DNA from: Pseudovirgaria hyperparasitica
Lineage: Eukaryota
Assembly (NCBI GenBank): GCA_010093815.1
Contig: ML996565.1
Reading direction: 5' to 3' (one strand)
DNA length: 64,000 nt
Shown here: positions 37,429-48,742 of the stretch, piece after piece
Layout: every line of letters begins with the position of its first letter
Position numbering within the stretch: position 1 is the first letter of the stretch
The notes under the pieces: model-generated
What the model was told of the DNA's origin: nothing
Databases searched by the model: none
What the model saw: the letters and a program-made list of their open reading frames with translations, nothing else
Program-made: the position numbers and the translations under genes

Positions 37429-38988
37429 CTAGGATGTGCGCCATAAGATTGATGAGAGCCATCTAATCTTATCACCGACGCAGTGAACGGTCAGTGGGAC
37501 CTTTAGAAACGAACGCTGGAAGAGTTTGTAGAATTCCTGACAGTCGGGACACATGGCATCTCGACTGACCGTTATACATCCTCGTGGGAGATTTGTCGGA
37601 AGCACTGCTTCGAGTTCGGAAGTTACCCCTATACTTTCTTCGTCCTCGTACTTGAAGATGTAGTGCCGATTCATATAGTACGCAACCAACTGTTTCTCAA
37701 CATGAGAAGCATAGCTTTCACTGACATCGTGGCCGATCCTTGCACAGAGTTGCTTCGCTCGGCGCGTCCAGATCTTATTATTGAGAGTGTCCTCTCGAGA
37801 TGTCTGCGAATACCCACTCATTGCACTGATGACCGGGTACGAAGGCCCACGATCCAAGCGACCAAAGGCCTTTGTTCCTTCTCGGTCCCCAAGCTTATAC
37901 ATGGTATCAGCCTGGTAGAAGCACAAAGACGTCGCATCTGCTTTGTGAAAGTACCCTTGGCGAGGGCCGCCGATAGGGACTGGGAATCGGTCTCCTCGAA
38001 GCTCCTGCTCCTTCCGGCACAATAGAGCATGAATCCTTGCGCGCTGTCGGTTTGAGTCCGTACGCACTGTCATCATTCCATTAGCCCTTTCGATTCGCTC
38101 TGCGTCGTTGCGTTCTGCCACGGCTGCGAGGTCACTTGCTCGGTGTCCATTCGCGTCCATGGAGAGGACATCCGCACCATTATTTACGAGAAAGTCCACA
38201 GTCTCAAAGCGGCCCCACAGAGCGGCTTCCATGAGGGCTGTTCGACCATAATGGTCAATCCGGTCGATAGGCATACCTCTCTCCGTCAATAATTCCACCG
38301 TTTGGAGGCCATTCTCTTCTGCCGCTGCGAGTATTACTCCGTTCGCACCTTGAATGTTCACGTAACTGGCGAAGTCGTCGTCTGGATACATTCTGAAATG
38401 ATTATCGAGTTTCTGAGTATCTCCTTGAGCACAAAAAGACACATAGAATTTCCTGCGTAAATTTGGGTCTGCCATCGGATCGGTGAAACAGCGATATCGG
38501 TCAGGTTCATGTTGTCGTGGATCCGAACCTTGACTATCAGACAATGTTGTCCTTGCTAGCGACTCTGTGATGGCATCCGTGCCATCAGGACCGGGCTCGC
38601 TCTTCCCATTCCTATATTCTTCAGGATCGTCAAAATACACTCCATGCAAGCTCTCGTACTCCTCCAAGAGTCGACGTGGCGGGTTGCCGCGTCTTAAAGG
38701 ATCCTACATCAAGCCCTGGCTCGTAACGAGGTGTATCTTGCCAGAATCTTTATCCAGCTCCCAACCGTACGCGTCGGTCAAGTTGTCGATTTCGTCGGGC
38801 CAGACTATACGGTAGGATTTTCCTCCGCTGACATCGATGCAATCCGCTGAACGTCGTTCTCTTCTGCGCCTGGAATGCTCTGTAAGACCGTGACCATGTG
38901 AGTCAAGACAAAATGGACATAGCACTCGGAAGGAGCTGGCATTCCACCAAAGGACCAGTGCTGGTACCAAGTTTTCGGTATCGGGCAT
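37429..38988 (-). pseudogene. Zn-ribbon + ankyrin repeats + nucleic-acid deaminase (DYW-like/SsdA-like) gene, 519 codons, interrupted by one in-frame TAG at 38706-38704 (pseudogene or recoded gene)
   Basis: ORFs 38988-38704 and 38667-37429 are in the same frame (..QGLM*DPLRRGNPPRRLLEEY..). Motifs: CPFCLDSHGHG; ankyrin YGRTALMEAALWGRFETVDFLVNNGAD; deaminase AMSGY...SHVEKQL...MCPDC. Confidence 0.8.
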
Positions 38989-39861
38989 GTTGCAGCGTTA
39001 GTTTAGACGGTTCGCGATTTTTGACATCAAAGGTCTGTTTCAACTAGAGAGGGAATGAAGACTTGAAAGTGGCTTATGGCCGGGTGTAGCTGAGATACTC
39101 AGGGATGAAGCAAGGCAACAGCGTGAGGGGTTAGCTGAGTGCTTGTGAGTGTAAAGTGCGGGGCTTCTGTATGTGCTTTTGTAAGAATAAAACATGGTAA
39201 TGTATTGATATACGTAAACATTGATTGGTTACTTGTGATGTATTTGCTGGTTGCTGGTTAAAAATACTAACAGGGCTGTTAAACGTAGTTTGAATGGGAT
39301 GGTACCTCCCAATCTCTCACCAGGTTGCATCTGGACGAGATTGCACCCTGCTCGGGCTTCGGTTTCCAGGAATGACCTTGCCCTCACTAGATGGAATATC
39401 GTTTCATGGTAGGTAAGGTGCACTGCTGATGATCACTTTCGAGTTGGAGTTTCGCGCCATGTAGGGATGTCAGGTTGTATGCATACACGACCATCTCCTC
39501 GACGTTGCTTAGGCTGCAGGACATCTCCCCAATCCAGACAAATGCAAGGTTCTGGTCGTAGCATAACTTGGAAAATCTCCCACATGAGCGACGGAGAAGT
39601 CGTTCGAAGTGTTGGTGTCTACTTCATTCGATGCCCATGGGCTAGGTGTAGGAGTGGGTGTATGTGCATGTCTTCTTCAGGCCTGTAGCCCGCACATGCT
39701 GCAAGAGACTTCTCCAGAACTGAGACCCGGAACAGATCTCCTAGATATCTTGCTGACTACCGAAGACAACACTGGTACCGGAACATTGATGTTCGAGGGG
39801 CTCAAGTGAAGCCCGGTTGTGGTTGGCCACATTTCAAGACCGGAGGGAACTTTACAAGAGG

Positions 39862-40791
39862 TTACAAAGGCGATGAAGACCCTGAAGACTTCAGACTATG
39901 GAATAGTTCTTGTTCCGCGTTCTCGTGAATAGACCGGGCAGCCTTGCGCAGTAAGTCAACCTCTCGCAACAACTCAACCACTTTTGGTAAGAGGTGCTCT
40001 GTCCACAGACGATATCCATCGATTGAGAGATGTACATGATCAACAAGATGTTCCTTGCAGACTTTTGGCGCAGGAGCTAGATACAAGATCTGTAGAGCTC
40101 CGATATTTTCATTCATGCTGTTGACTAGATCTTGGATCTTCCCGTTCGCGTCATCAACTAGCTCATCCGATATGTCATTCCGGTAGAAGAGACCAGTAAC
40201 GAGAATCTTTGACCCAGCTCGAGCTATGTGGAGTAGCGCCTGCAATATGAGGCGCATGTAATCACGGTCCCGATCCTTCAGACCTTGCTTATGGTGCAGG
40301 TTGTTGGTGCCGCAATGTAGCACGAAAAGTTTGATATTATGAGCTCCTAATGTTGGAAGCAACCCGTCCAGGTTTTTCGCTTTTTCGCCTGCAAGCCGAT
40401 AGACGATGTTCTGAACGCCGTCACCGCCAACGCCTGTGTTGAAAACGCCATCTAGGCGTTTATGAAAGAGCGGATTGGTGGCCTTGAGTTGGTTAAAGGC
40501 TCTTCCACCTAGCATTTCGGTGGACGGCCAGGGCTCCAGACTAGCACTTTGGCCTGTGGTCTTCATACGCTCAAACATGCTGTCTCCAAGCAAGACAGTG
40601 GACAAAGCATCATTGGGGGAGAGCTTTTTCAGGTCGGCGATGTGTATACTCGATGTCTCTTCAGATCGTTGCTTCCATTTTGCGTTGTCGACGAGGAGTT
40701 TGTGCATTTGCGATCTGGAAATCTCTTGATTTTCGTTCTCACTGGAAATCGTGATGCCTGCGTCGGAAGGGGTTGTAGCTGGACCCGACAT
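39862..40791 (-). CDS. SGNH/GDSL hydrolase (PAF-acetylhydrolase Ib-like), 309 aa
   Basis: Blocks LLGDSMFE, FNTGVGGD, HCGTNN, DHVHLS. Confidence 0.88.
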   Translation of the reverse strand: MSGPATTPSDAGITISSENENQEISRSQMHKLLVDNAKWKQRSEETSSIHIADLKKLSPNDALSTVLLGDSMFERMKTTGQSASLEPWPSTEMLGGRAFNQLKATNPLFHKRLDGVFNTGVGGDGVQNIVYRLAGEKAKNLDGLLPTLGAHNIKLFVLHCGTNNLHHKQGLKDRDRDYMRLILQALLHIARAGSKILVTGLFYRNDISDELVDDANGKIQDLVNSMNENIGALQILYLAPAPKVCKEHLVDHVHLSIDGYRLWTEHLLPKVVELLREVDLLRKAARSIHENAEQELFHSLKSSGSSSPL

Positions 40792-41973
40792 GTCGAAAGA
40801 ACGGGTAGACTACTGTATCTGAAAGTGATGACAAGATGAGCTTGTTGCCTATATGACAGTCTCGTCAACTTTCGCTTGGCGTTGACGATGGTTCTGAGAT
40901 AAGGCAGCTGATGAGAAGGACTACGGTTACGAGATTTTAAATCAATATTCTGGCCATGGGTAGAATAATGGAACGCAGAACGAATATGGACCAAAGAAAG
41001 CAAGTCGATGTGTGTTGTTTAAAATCATTGAGGAGACGACACCGCAATTTCCAATCTATACGGAGCAGGCCGTCTCGGTGTCCACATTTGCGATTAATGA
41101 CACGTCGTAGCACATCGGGATCGCTGTGTGATACTAACGCAAGATCACACGATAGTCGCACTCGCGACTTCGTATCTAACCATCTTCCAAGACCTAGGCA
41201 ATATTAAGGTATCGGGTGGTAATCGCCATGAGCAAACCGGCGACCTCAGTCAGCATTTGGTATACTGGATTTTCAGAAATTTAGCTTGCCATCACTGGCG
41301 GCTAACAGCATATCAATAAGAGAGCCTTGTTGACCAAATCAAGAGCAGTTGCCAACAAAGTTTCGATATCATGAAGCAAAGATGACCGAGCATTCGATGA
41401 AACCTGAGGTCGAGATGACCTTGTAGACCAAAGAGCGCTAGCCGTTAATGGATTAGCGGTCTAACTATAAAATGCGTCCAAAGACAACCTCTCGAGACTC
41501 TCTGTCCAACATCCCACGTCGGTCTGTCCATACCATTGATCTATCAGACGTTGAGCTAAATAAGCCACTCGATATACTCATCTGTTCGGGATTAAATGAT
41601 GTGAAAGATGTTGCGAACGATTCTCACAGAGCCGAAGTCTTTTCGACGACGATAATCGATTCCTCACTCGAACGGCGCGTGCAGTCTATACAGTGGCGCA
41701 GCAATGCCAAGTGTTGCATCTCGCATATCAGAATTTACTAGTACAACATCCCATAAAGGTACAGTGTAGATGCGAACTAGAAGCCAGGGGATTGCGATAG
41801 CTGCCTGGGATGGTGGCGCAGCAGTCTCGAAGGAGACACGAGCGGCAGGAAAACTATAAAGGAGTTCTTGGTCCCTCGACCTCATCTTATCCTCCTCACT
41901 CCGCATTGGCTCTGAAACAGGCGGGCAAGTATCATTCTCATCTCGTAACTAGTGAAGCGCAACGAGCGCCATC

Positions 41974-43497
41974 TTGGGAAATAGAAACAAGTTCATCAAC
42001 AAGAGGCCGGAGCACACCTGTTCTCACAATGTCTTGCAACTTGAGAATTCACGACACGCTACAGATGCAGGCTATAAACGACCAACAGATAGTCAGCGTG
42101 TTACTGCGGCATCTTCTGGTCCAGTCCAAGCCAGGGAACGAGCTGTCCCCGACCCGAACACGTTCCCAGGTCCGCTTGTTTTGCCATATGACGACCTTGC
42201 GGACGACCCGAAGTGGCCCCCGCAGCCTTTCAAAGCTTGGAGGGATGGAAGGTGGCGGAATCCGGTAACGCCTGAGCGGCGCACTATATACCTTGCTGCT
42301 CCTCCTACCACGGCGAAGGCGTTGCAACATGTGTATGACTGGGCGAAGCCGAACCTCGACAGTGGAGAGAATGGGAAGAAAATATACGCTGACTCAGCTG
42401 CATGGCCCGGACCAGGATGGACTAGCAGATTGCAGACGGAAGTTTTTATCTCGTACATCGCAGCGTTCTACCATCCGCTCCCGGTCAAAATATTGCACAA
42501 GCGACTGAAGTTTGTACCATGGGAGAATGACCAACCAAAGACGAAGAGACAAAGGACATCTAGAAAGGAACAGCAAAACGAGATTGCAATTGCAACCGAT
42601 TCGGAGCTGATTCAGATCCGAAATCGACCTTGCCCTGATGACCTCTTTCCTCGACAGCTGAATCTCTGTGACCTTTTGGATGTTGCCATTGAGGTGTTAC
42701 CTGCAGACGCATACGCACTACTAATGCTGACTGATCACGATATTTTCGAGAATGAAGCAGACGATTTCTGCTGCGGACGTGCATTTGGGGGAAGCCGTGT
42801 CGCCGTGGTGTCCACAGCTCGCTATCTCACCGAGCTTGACGCCATGCAAGATATCGATCACGTGCACTCGTGGCCGGCGAGTCATTGCGCAAAATACGTC
42901 AACAGATACTGTGATCTATACTCTGACATAGATGAGAATGACAAGAAGAGGAAAGAGGACGCGAAAAAACTGACAAAAGGAAGAAAGAACGGGAAAGCAA
43001 AAGGGAAGTCGAAGGGTACAGTGCTATATGAATCCTCGCAACATGGTTCCGCCTCGCCTATGAGAGCGGCAATCTCAGTCTACAATGAGAATTCTGATAG
43101 GAACCTGCTTATGGCGCGCGTGGCACGGACGGCATGCCACGAGCTGGGACATTGCTTCGGTATAGACCATTGTGTGTATTACGCATGTTCTATGCAGGGC
43201 ACAAGCTCAGCCGCCGAAGATGCTCGACAGCCTCCATATCTCTGTCCTGTTGACCTGGAAAAGGTTCTTCATGCAACAGGAGGCGAGGAATTGAGCAGAT
43301 ATGATGAACTCTTAAAAGTATGTAAGCAGTGGGCCTGGGCAGAGCTGGATAGTGAGGGTTTCCGCGGTGGCGTATGGTCAAGCCATGCTGCCTGGATCCG
43401 TGAAGTTTTGAGGCAAAAGCGAGGAGACGAGGGGTATGAACCTAATTTCTTCCGCTCTTTGGTGGTCTCTGGGGGGAGGGTCACCAGCTCGACGTGA
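41974..43497 (+). CDS. Archaemetzincin-like zinc metallopeptidase (M54); true start/5' exon unresolved
   Basis: HELGHCFGIDHCVYYACSMQG...PPYLCPVD (HExxHxxGxxH plus Cys4 site) and DFCCGRAFGGSRVAVVS. The ORF begins at TTG, so an upstream exon is likely. Confidence 0.85.
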   Translation: MGNRNKFINKRPEHTCSHNVLQLENSRHATDAGYKRPTDSQRVTAASSGPVQARERAVPDPNTFPGPLVLPYDDLADDPKWPPQPFKAWRDGRWRNPVTPERRTIYLAAPPTTAKALQHVYDWAKPNLDSGENGKKIYADSAAWPGPGWTSRLQTEVFISYIAAFYHPLPVKILHKRLKFVPWENDQPKTKRQRTSRKEQQNEIAIATDSELIQIRNRPCPDDLFPRQLNLCDLLDVAIEVLPADAYALLMLTDHDIFENEADDFCCGRAFGGSRVAVVSTARYLTELDAMQDIDHVHSWPASHCAKYVNRYCDLYSDIDENDKKRKEDAKKLTKGRKNGKAKGKSKGTVLYESSQHGSASPMRAAISVYNENSDRNLLMARVARTACHELGHCFGIDHCVYYACSMQGTSSAAEDARQPPYLCPVDLEKVLHATGGEELSRYDELLKVCKQWAWAELDSEGFRGGVWSSHAAWIREVLRQKRGDEGYEPNFFRSLVVSGGRVTSST

Positions 43498-43896
43498 GCT
43501 AGAATGCGAGAGATTTGCACTGAAGACCTTGCTCCTTTGACCTCTGGACAGGGCGTATGTAGCAATAGGATAAATCTAATTGCGTCTAGAGCCCTGTCTC
43601 ATTTTTCATCAACCGGATCGATTGTCAATGTGAAGCTCAGGGGCATTTATTCAATTCTTACACCGCAACATAAGTAGAAGTCTTGTATAAATTTCATTAC
43701 AATTATGTGATTATACGATCCATTATTAAACCCACACGAGTTCACCTCAGCCGATGTAGCTTCAAGTCTTCCAGTATAGGACAACACGCAACCGTTTCAG
43801 TTTTCCACCTCCGATGTATGTATCATTGGGCGATATGATAGTCATAGTTACCCAATGATTTCGAACATCAAGTGCTAAAACCTTGTGACGAGTCCT

Positions 43897-44531
43897 CTAG
43901 CAAAACACGTTGACACCGAGGGAGCCACCGGGAGTATAAGCGCAGACAGCTTTGCCTAATGTCACATCCAAGCTCTCCAGCTTCGTAGTCGCATCCGCCT
44001 GGCACCCTGGTACGGAGTCAATAATACCGAAGGCGAGGGTATCGACGGTGGATTCGAGCGAGCGTAAGACTGCAGCAACCGGTCCAAGAAAAATGCCTTC
44101 TAGAAGCCCCGACTTTCCGATCACAATATTCAGGAGGCGCTGGTGGACGACGACAAACTGTAATTGCGTGAGCATTGTATTTATCAGAAAGGAACCAGAG
44201 GTCTTACGGTGGAGAATGCGTTGCAGACTTGTTGAGCCTCCGCATCAGGGTATTTGCCAGTCCCATCCATGTTCTCAATGTCACGCTGCGCAACATTGAT
44301 GATCTCAGAGAAACCACGGATGACAGGCTCGAAAGGGTTTTGTTGACGCTTCGCAATCACGGTTTCACCTGTTTGGATGCTTGAGGCAATCGGTTGCAGG
44401 TCTTGTGAGAGCTGGGTTATCTGGTTGATATTGGCTACCATTTGTTCGGCGGTAAGGGCACGTCTTTGCATTGTAGGCGCGGACGAGACGAGTCCAGCCA
44501 TCAGGACGTTGACAATGGTGGTGAATTGCAT
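43897..44531 (-). CDS. Secreted helical protein, 194 aa, resembling UVI-1-type fungal secreted proteins; exons 44531-44208, 44157-43897
   Basis: Signal peptide plus Kex2-like QRR, then FSTFVVVHQRLLNIVIGKSGLL...PVAAVLRSLE. Intron GTAAGA...GCTCAC...CAG, phase 0. Confidence 0.82.
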
Positions 44532-46171
44532 GATGAAGGATTTGGAGTGAAATGGATAGAGATGTGATGTTCAAGGCAGATGAGTGTGTATGAGTTGGAA
44601 TGAGAATATTTGATTGGGGACTGACTACTTATTATATACTTACTGATGTCTTTATGAGAAGCAGTAAGAGAGTTTGCTGCCATCGGAGCTAATTACCGCT
44701 CAGCGCTACATCTCGTTCTGAGCGATCTATATTCATGAACGATCGCAAGCAAACGAAAGACCGTTGAGTCTATCACAGCTTTCCAGTATTACTCGATGGC
44801 ATAGTATTTCACGAGATCTCCACGACAGTGGTCTCGCATAACATGCGTAAGGCGTTGCTAGCAGGAAGCTGAGCCTGATGACTAGATCTCTTTTTGGGCA
44901 ATGTATGGGAGCGTTTGTAGAGAAAAGATAATGATCGACGAGATGATAGAGACCAGTCGTAAAGCTAGTTGAAGCGATGATATGATCATCGAAAGGAAAA
45001 ATGTTGAGGGTACATTGGCTTAGATGTGTGAGTCTTGAAACTATTGTTAAGGCTTTTGTAACATGTCTGTTACACCCTCGCTATATCTTTCCCTTTCATT
45101 GTCGCCTTTGCTCTTGCTTCCCTCTTCTATGTTCTTGTTTCTGAATGCTAGGTTCGCTCTCGAGTAGACATTAAATTAAAGTCTACTGAAAAAGCTCTGC
45201 AGTGCGGGACGCTAGAAGATAGAGAAGTGGCCGTGAAAAAGAGCATTGACGTTGCATCCATGGGCATGGATCAGCGCCTGATCTCCCACGCAGACTAATT
45301 TTCCGATGACCGATGGTTCGACAGATCTGGCCGGCCAATATTTTAGTGTGACCGCCGCCGATTTTCCAGAGCTGAAATTGTTGTTCATCTCGAATCTTGG
45401 CACTCTCGATACCGTTCGGTATATGGTGTTCCGTGCCGTGTACTAGATCCCGCATTGAATGGCGGGATCGGAAGCTAAAATACATCTACTCAACTCGATA
45501 TCATCATGGATGAAGTAAGGCGATCTATGTTCCCTTTATGTACCAGACTTCAGCCTGGGTAGCTGCCTGAGCAGATCCAGGCTTTAGAGGGCTGATTTTG
45601 TGTCGTGGGTCAAAAGTACTTGACTTTACTCCGTTAGCAGAAACTGAACAATCTTCATCCAGCTCCGGACAATGCTTGCTAAGCATGCATCATGATCTTA
45701 TCGCTGCACAATCGTAAAGTTTATCTCAGGAATGATGTAATGTATCGTCTTCGCAACGTTGTTCACACAGTTCAACGACGCCTTAGCGAGAAAGCTACTG
45801 CGGAGGCGGATTAGTGCTCGTTCAAGCGATTTTGTGGCTACCTGAGACTGGCTTCATCGAGATCGAGGTACAATGATGGCGCCAGCTAAAGAATATAGAA
45901 GGGCCAACAATGTTGGCTTCACCAATAGGACTTGTATCTACTACATGGAAGCAGATTCGATGAGCCTGCTACTCGATCCTTCATGTATAAATTCTGGACT
46001 AGGACAAGCCCAAGCATATTTCTTCAATGGCCGGATTCATTGAGCGCCTGTGAGGAGCATGGAATAAACCGAGAACAGTATCGACCAGTGGGTATAAGAA
46101 TGAGGCTTTGCCGTCTGTTGTAGACATTACTTCCTGCATTCATAGAGCTTAATCTGCAGAAACCTCAAAAA

Positions 46172-47000
46172 ATGTCACCATTATCAACTCTCGCTATTTC
46201 TCTCATCTTCTTACCTGCATATGCACTCGCCTATACCAAGAATGGTTTGAACAGCGACCAAGAGCCTCGACAACACGCTTTGACTCTCCAAAAGTCGTCA
46301 GACTTCACCTCTCAGGGCAAAGGTTGGGGTCAGTATTGCACCAGGAACTATGAGTGTGACTCTGGCTGCTGCGATTGGGAGAAAGTCACACCTGGCTACG
46401 GCAATGGGATGTGCGGTAACTCAAATGATTGCTGGTGGTCGAGCGAAACCCAGGATGTGCAGTCGCAATCCGCACCTGCGACTGGATACTGTCCCAACCA
46501 GTTGGATTACGGTCGGGAAGGCTCCGATCAGGAAGAGGGGGAATAACCTAGAAATCGACAGGTTCGGAGACGGTACAGTGTTTTTCAGCGCTGCGAAGGG
46601 CAGTGGCATTGCTCTTTGGGTTTCCGAAGATGGCCGGCTTAAATATGTCAACGAAGGGTTAACGTTCACTGAGTCGCGCAATGACGCTGCTACTTTCAAC
46701 GTCTCCACATCACAATACGGACGAAAACTTTCTTTCCGCGACAAAGTGTTGATCAAGCACCCCGATAACGACAATGGCTTACAGATGCGGGCTGATGAGG
46801 AGAACGCTGCCCTCATTACATTTACAAAATTCATTGCCCCAACCTGGAAAGAAGATACTGGTGCATTACGAGACAAAGCATTGATTGAGTTGTTGGAGTC
46901 GGTCTGCGGGACTAATTCGACGTGTGCGACCATATTGAGTCAACATCTCCAACCTGACAACGTTGCCGACTTCACTTCGTGCGAGGAGTTTGACTCTTGA
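46172..47000 (+). CDS. Secreted protein with N-terminal 6-Cys knottin-like module; ~262 aa if the 40-nt intron 46512-46551 is spliced, otherwise 124 aa
   Basis: AAAAATG start, signal peptide, CTRNYECDSGCCDW...MCGNSNDC. The putative intron GTCGGG...ATAAC-CTAG is phase-compatible with the 46350-47000 frame. Confidence 0.65.
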
Positions 47001-48742
47001 TTGACTTTGAGACGAGACGTCTCATTATGCTGTGAGTTGGGTGGTATCACCGTTGCACGTACGACGAAACGTCTGTAGTTTGTGGACCGATCACAAACCT
47101 GTGATAGATGGGCGGCGTATCCTAATGTGCCACGATATTGTCATTAGAGTAGCTGAGAGTAGAGTAACTAATCTTGTAGCTTGAAGTCCGAACTTTCGCC
47201 ATTGGCGGTACCTAATGGTATCAAATGGGGCAAAACAATAATACCGAATTGGACTTAGGCTAGAGCGGCTGTGATCCTTGGGTCTGAACAAAGCAAATTA
47301 TCCCTATTAGACTATATTAGATGAAACGTATATCTACTAAAATCTTATTGGAGTTTGTTGGAATGACAATCTGGTTGACTGTTGTGTATAAAGGGAGACT
47401 GAGAACATCCATTAGTGAATATACGTTCGTAGACAATCATGAAAAGGCAAATAACATAAGAGTAGATATAATCCATTAACTCGGAGGGGCATCTGAGGTC
47501 TTGATTTTTGTGCCCGATAATGTCCCAACTGGGCAATGGAGCCTGATTCGACCGATACAGCGGTTAAAACAGCCTCATACGGGAATTCCTCTTGGTCAAT
47601 ATTTCCCACTCAGGATGATTTAGTGAAAAATAAACTGTGGCACAACCTGACTAGGGACGTATATGCATGCGAGTTGTAATTATTAGCGGCGATTCTTTGT
47701 CTGGAAACCTGCGCCGTAATGCGCCAAGGGAGGGGGCAGACTCCATGGCAGAATGCCATTCGTCGACTGGTGCGCTTGCAGCGTCTTGAACCAACAGTTC
47801 CGACGTGGTGCCTCGATGGTCAAGCGCGCCAGAGGCCAAGGATTTATGAATTTTCCAGATTGGCACGCCAGGCTCAAGTTGAACCAGAGTCTGTCGCAAT
47901 ACGGGCGATATGGAGGCCGTAAATTGACATGTATATGGTTAGACTAGAGAGAACAATCCAGATGAGCATCTTTTGTGTAGGAGATATAGCTAGTAATTGG
48001 TCTGTACACAGCCGCTCGTGTATCCCTCCAGAGCCGCGAAAGCGGGGATTGGGCGGGGAAGGGGGCGACAAGGGCCGCGGAGAGGTCGATACTCGAGCTG
48101 TCAATCATACCGACAGGTGATGTACATTGGCAGTGGAAGTTGGGCGCTTAGAGACAGCGACCTTCAGCCAATTGAACGGCTGGACTCGTCGTTGGTGATT
48201 TGGTCAGGCCCTCGTGGTCACAGACTTTCACTTTGATCCTCACATCATTCCGCATGTATGATGTACATACATCGTATCGACCTCGCTGCAGGCGAAGCAC
48301 AACGTGCTGGGCGCTTTTCGAAGCGCCAGCCATTGTATGACGAGATGTAGCCTCCCGGCAGAGTTCCGACCATGAACAGGATATTGGGACGATAGACGTT
48401 TTTGTTCAGATGCTGGGACCTAAGCGTGCGATCATTGGCTGATCGATGCCTCTCCACAGGCCCTGTCACCTTGTCGCGACGAAGCTAATCCCGCTGCCAT
48501 TGCCCCCCCCCCCCCCCAAATGAGGCCTTCTTCGAAAAGGGTGCGGCACAGGGCGTAAAGGCGCTGCCCCTCCAAAAACCAGGAACGGGTGGACGAACAG
48601 GTCTCCAGCCTTTCTAGTCATTATTACGATCCTCCAGACCTCTCAGACGCGCTCAAATAGACCTTAAGCGTTTAGTTGAACAGCTTCACTCGCCTGACTC
48701 CGATCTTGTCTATTTACTGTCTTGTCTGGCGACCAATGCGCA

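Noticed and set aside
35966..37462. His/Pro/Met-rich ORFs (249 aa, 142 aa, etc.)
   Set aside because: Products of (CAT)n and C-/G-skewed low-complexity DNA between convergent genes.
41810..41984. Upstream exon for the archaemetzincin via a GCAAGT donor
   Set aside because: Donor and acceptor phases do not match, so the start is left unresolved.
45183..45485. 100-aa minus-strand ORF between the two secreted-protein genes
   Set aside because: No motif, signal peptide or splice support.
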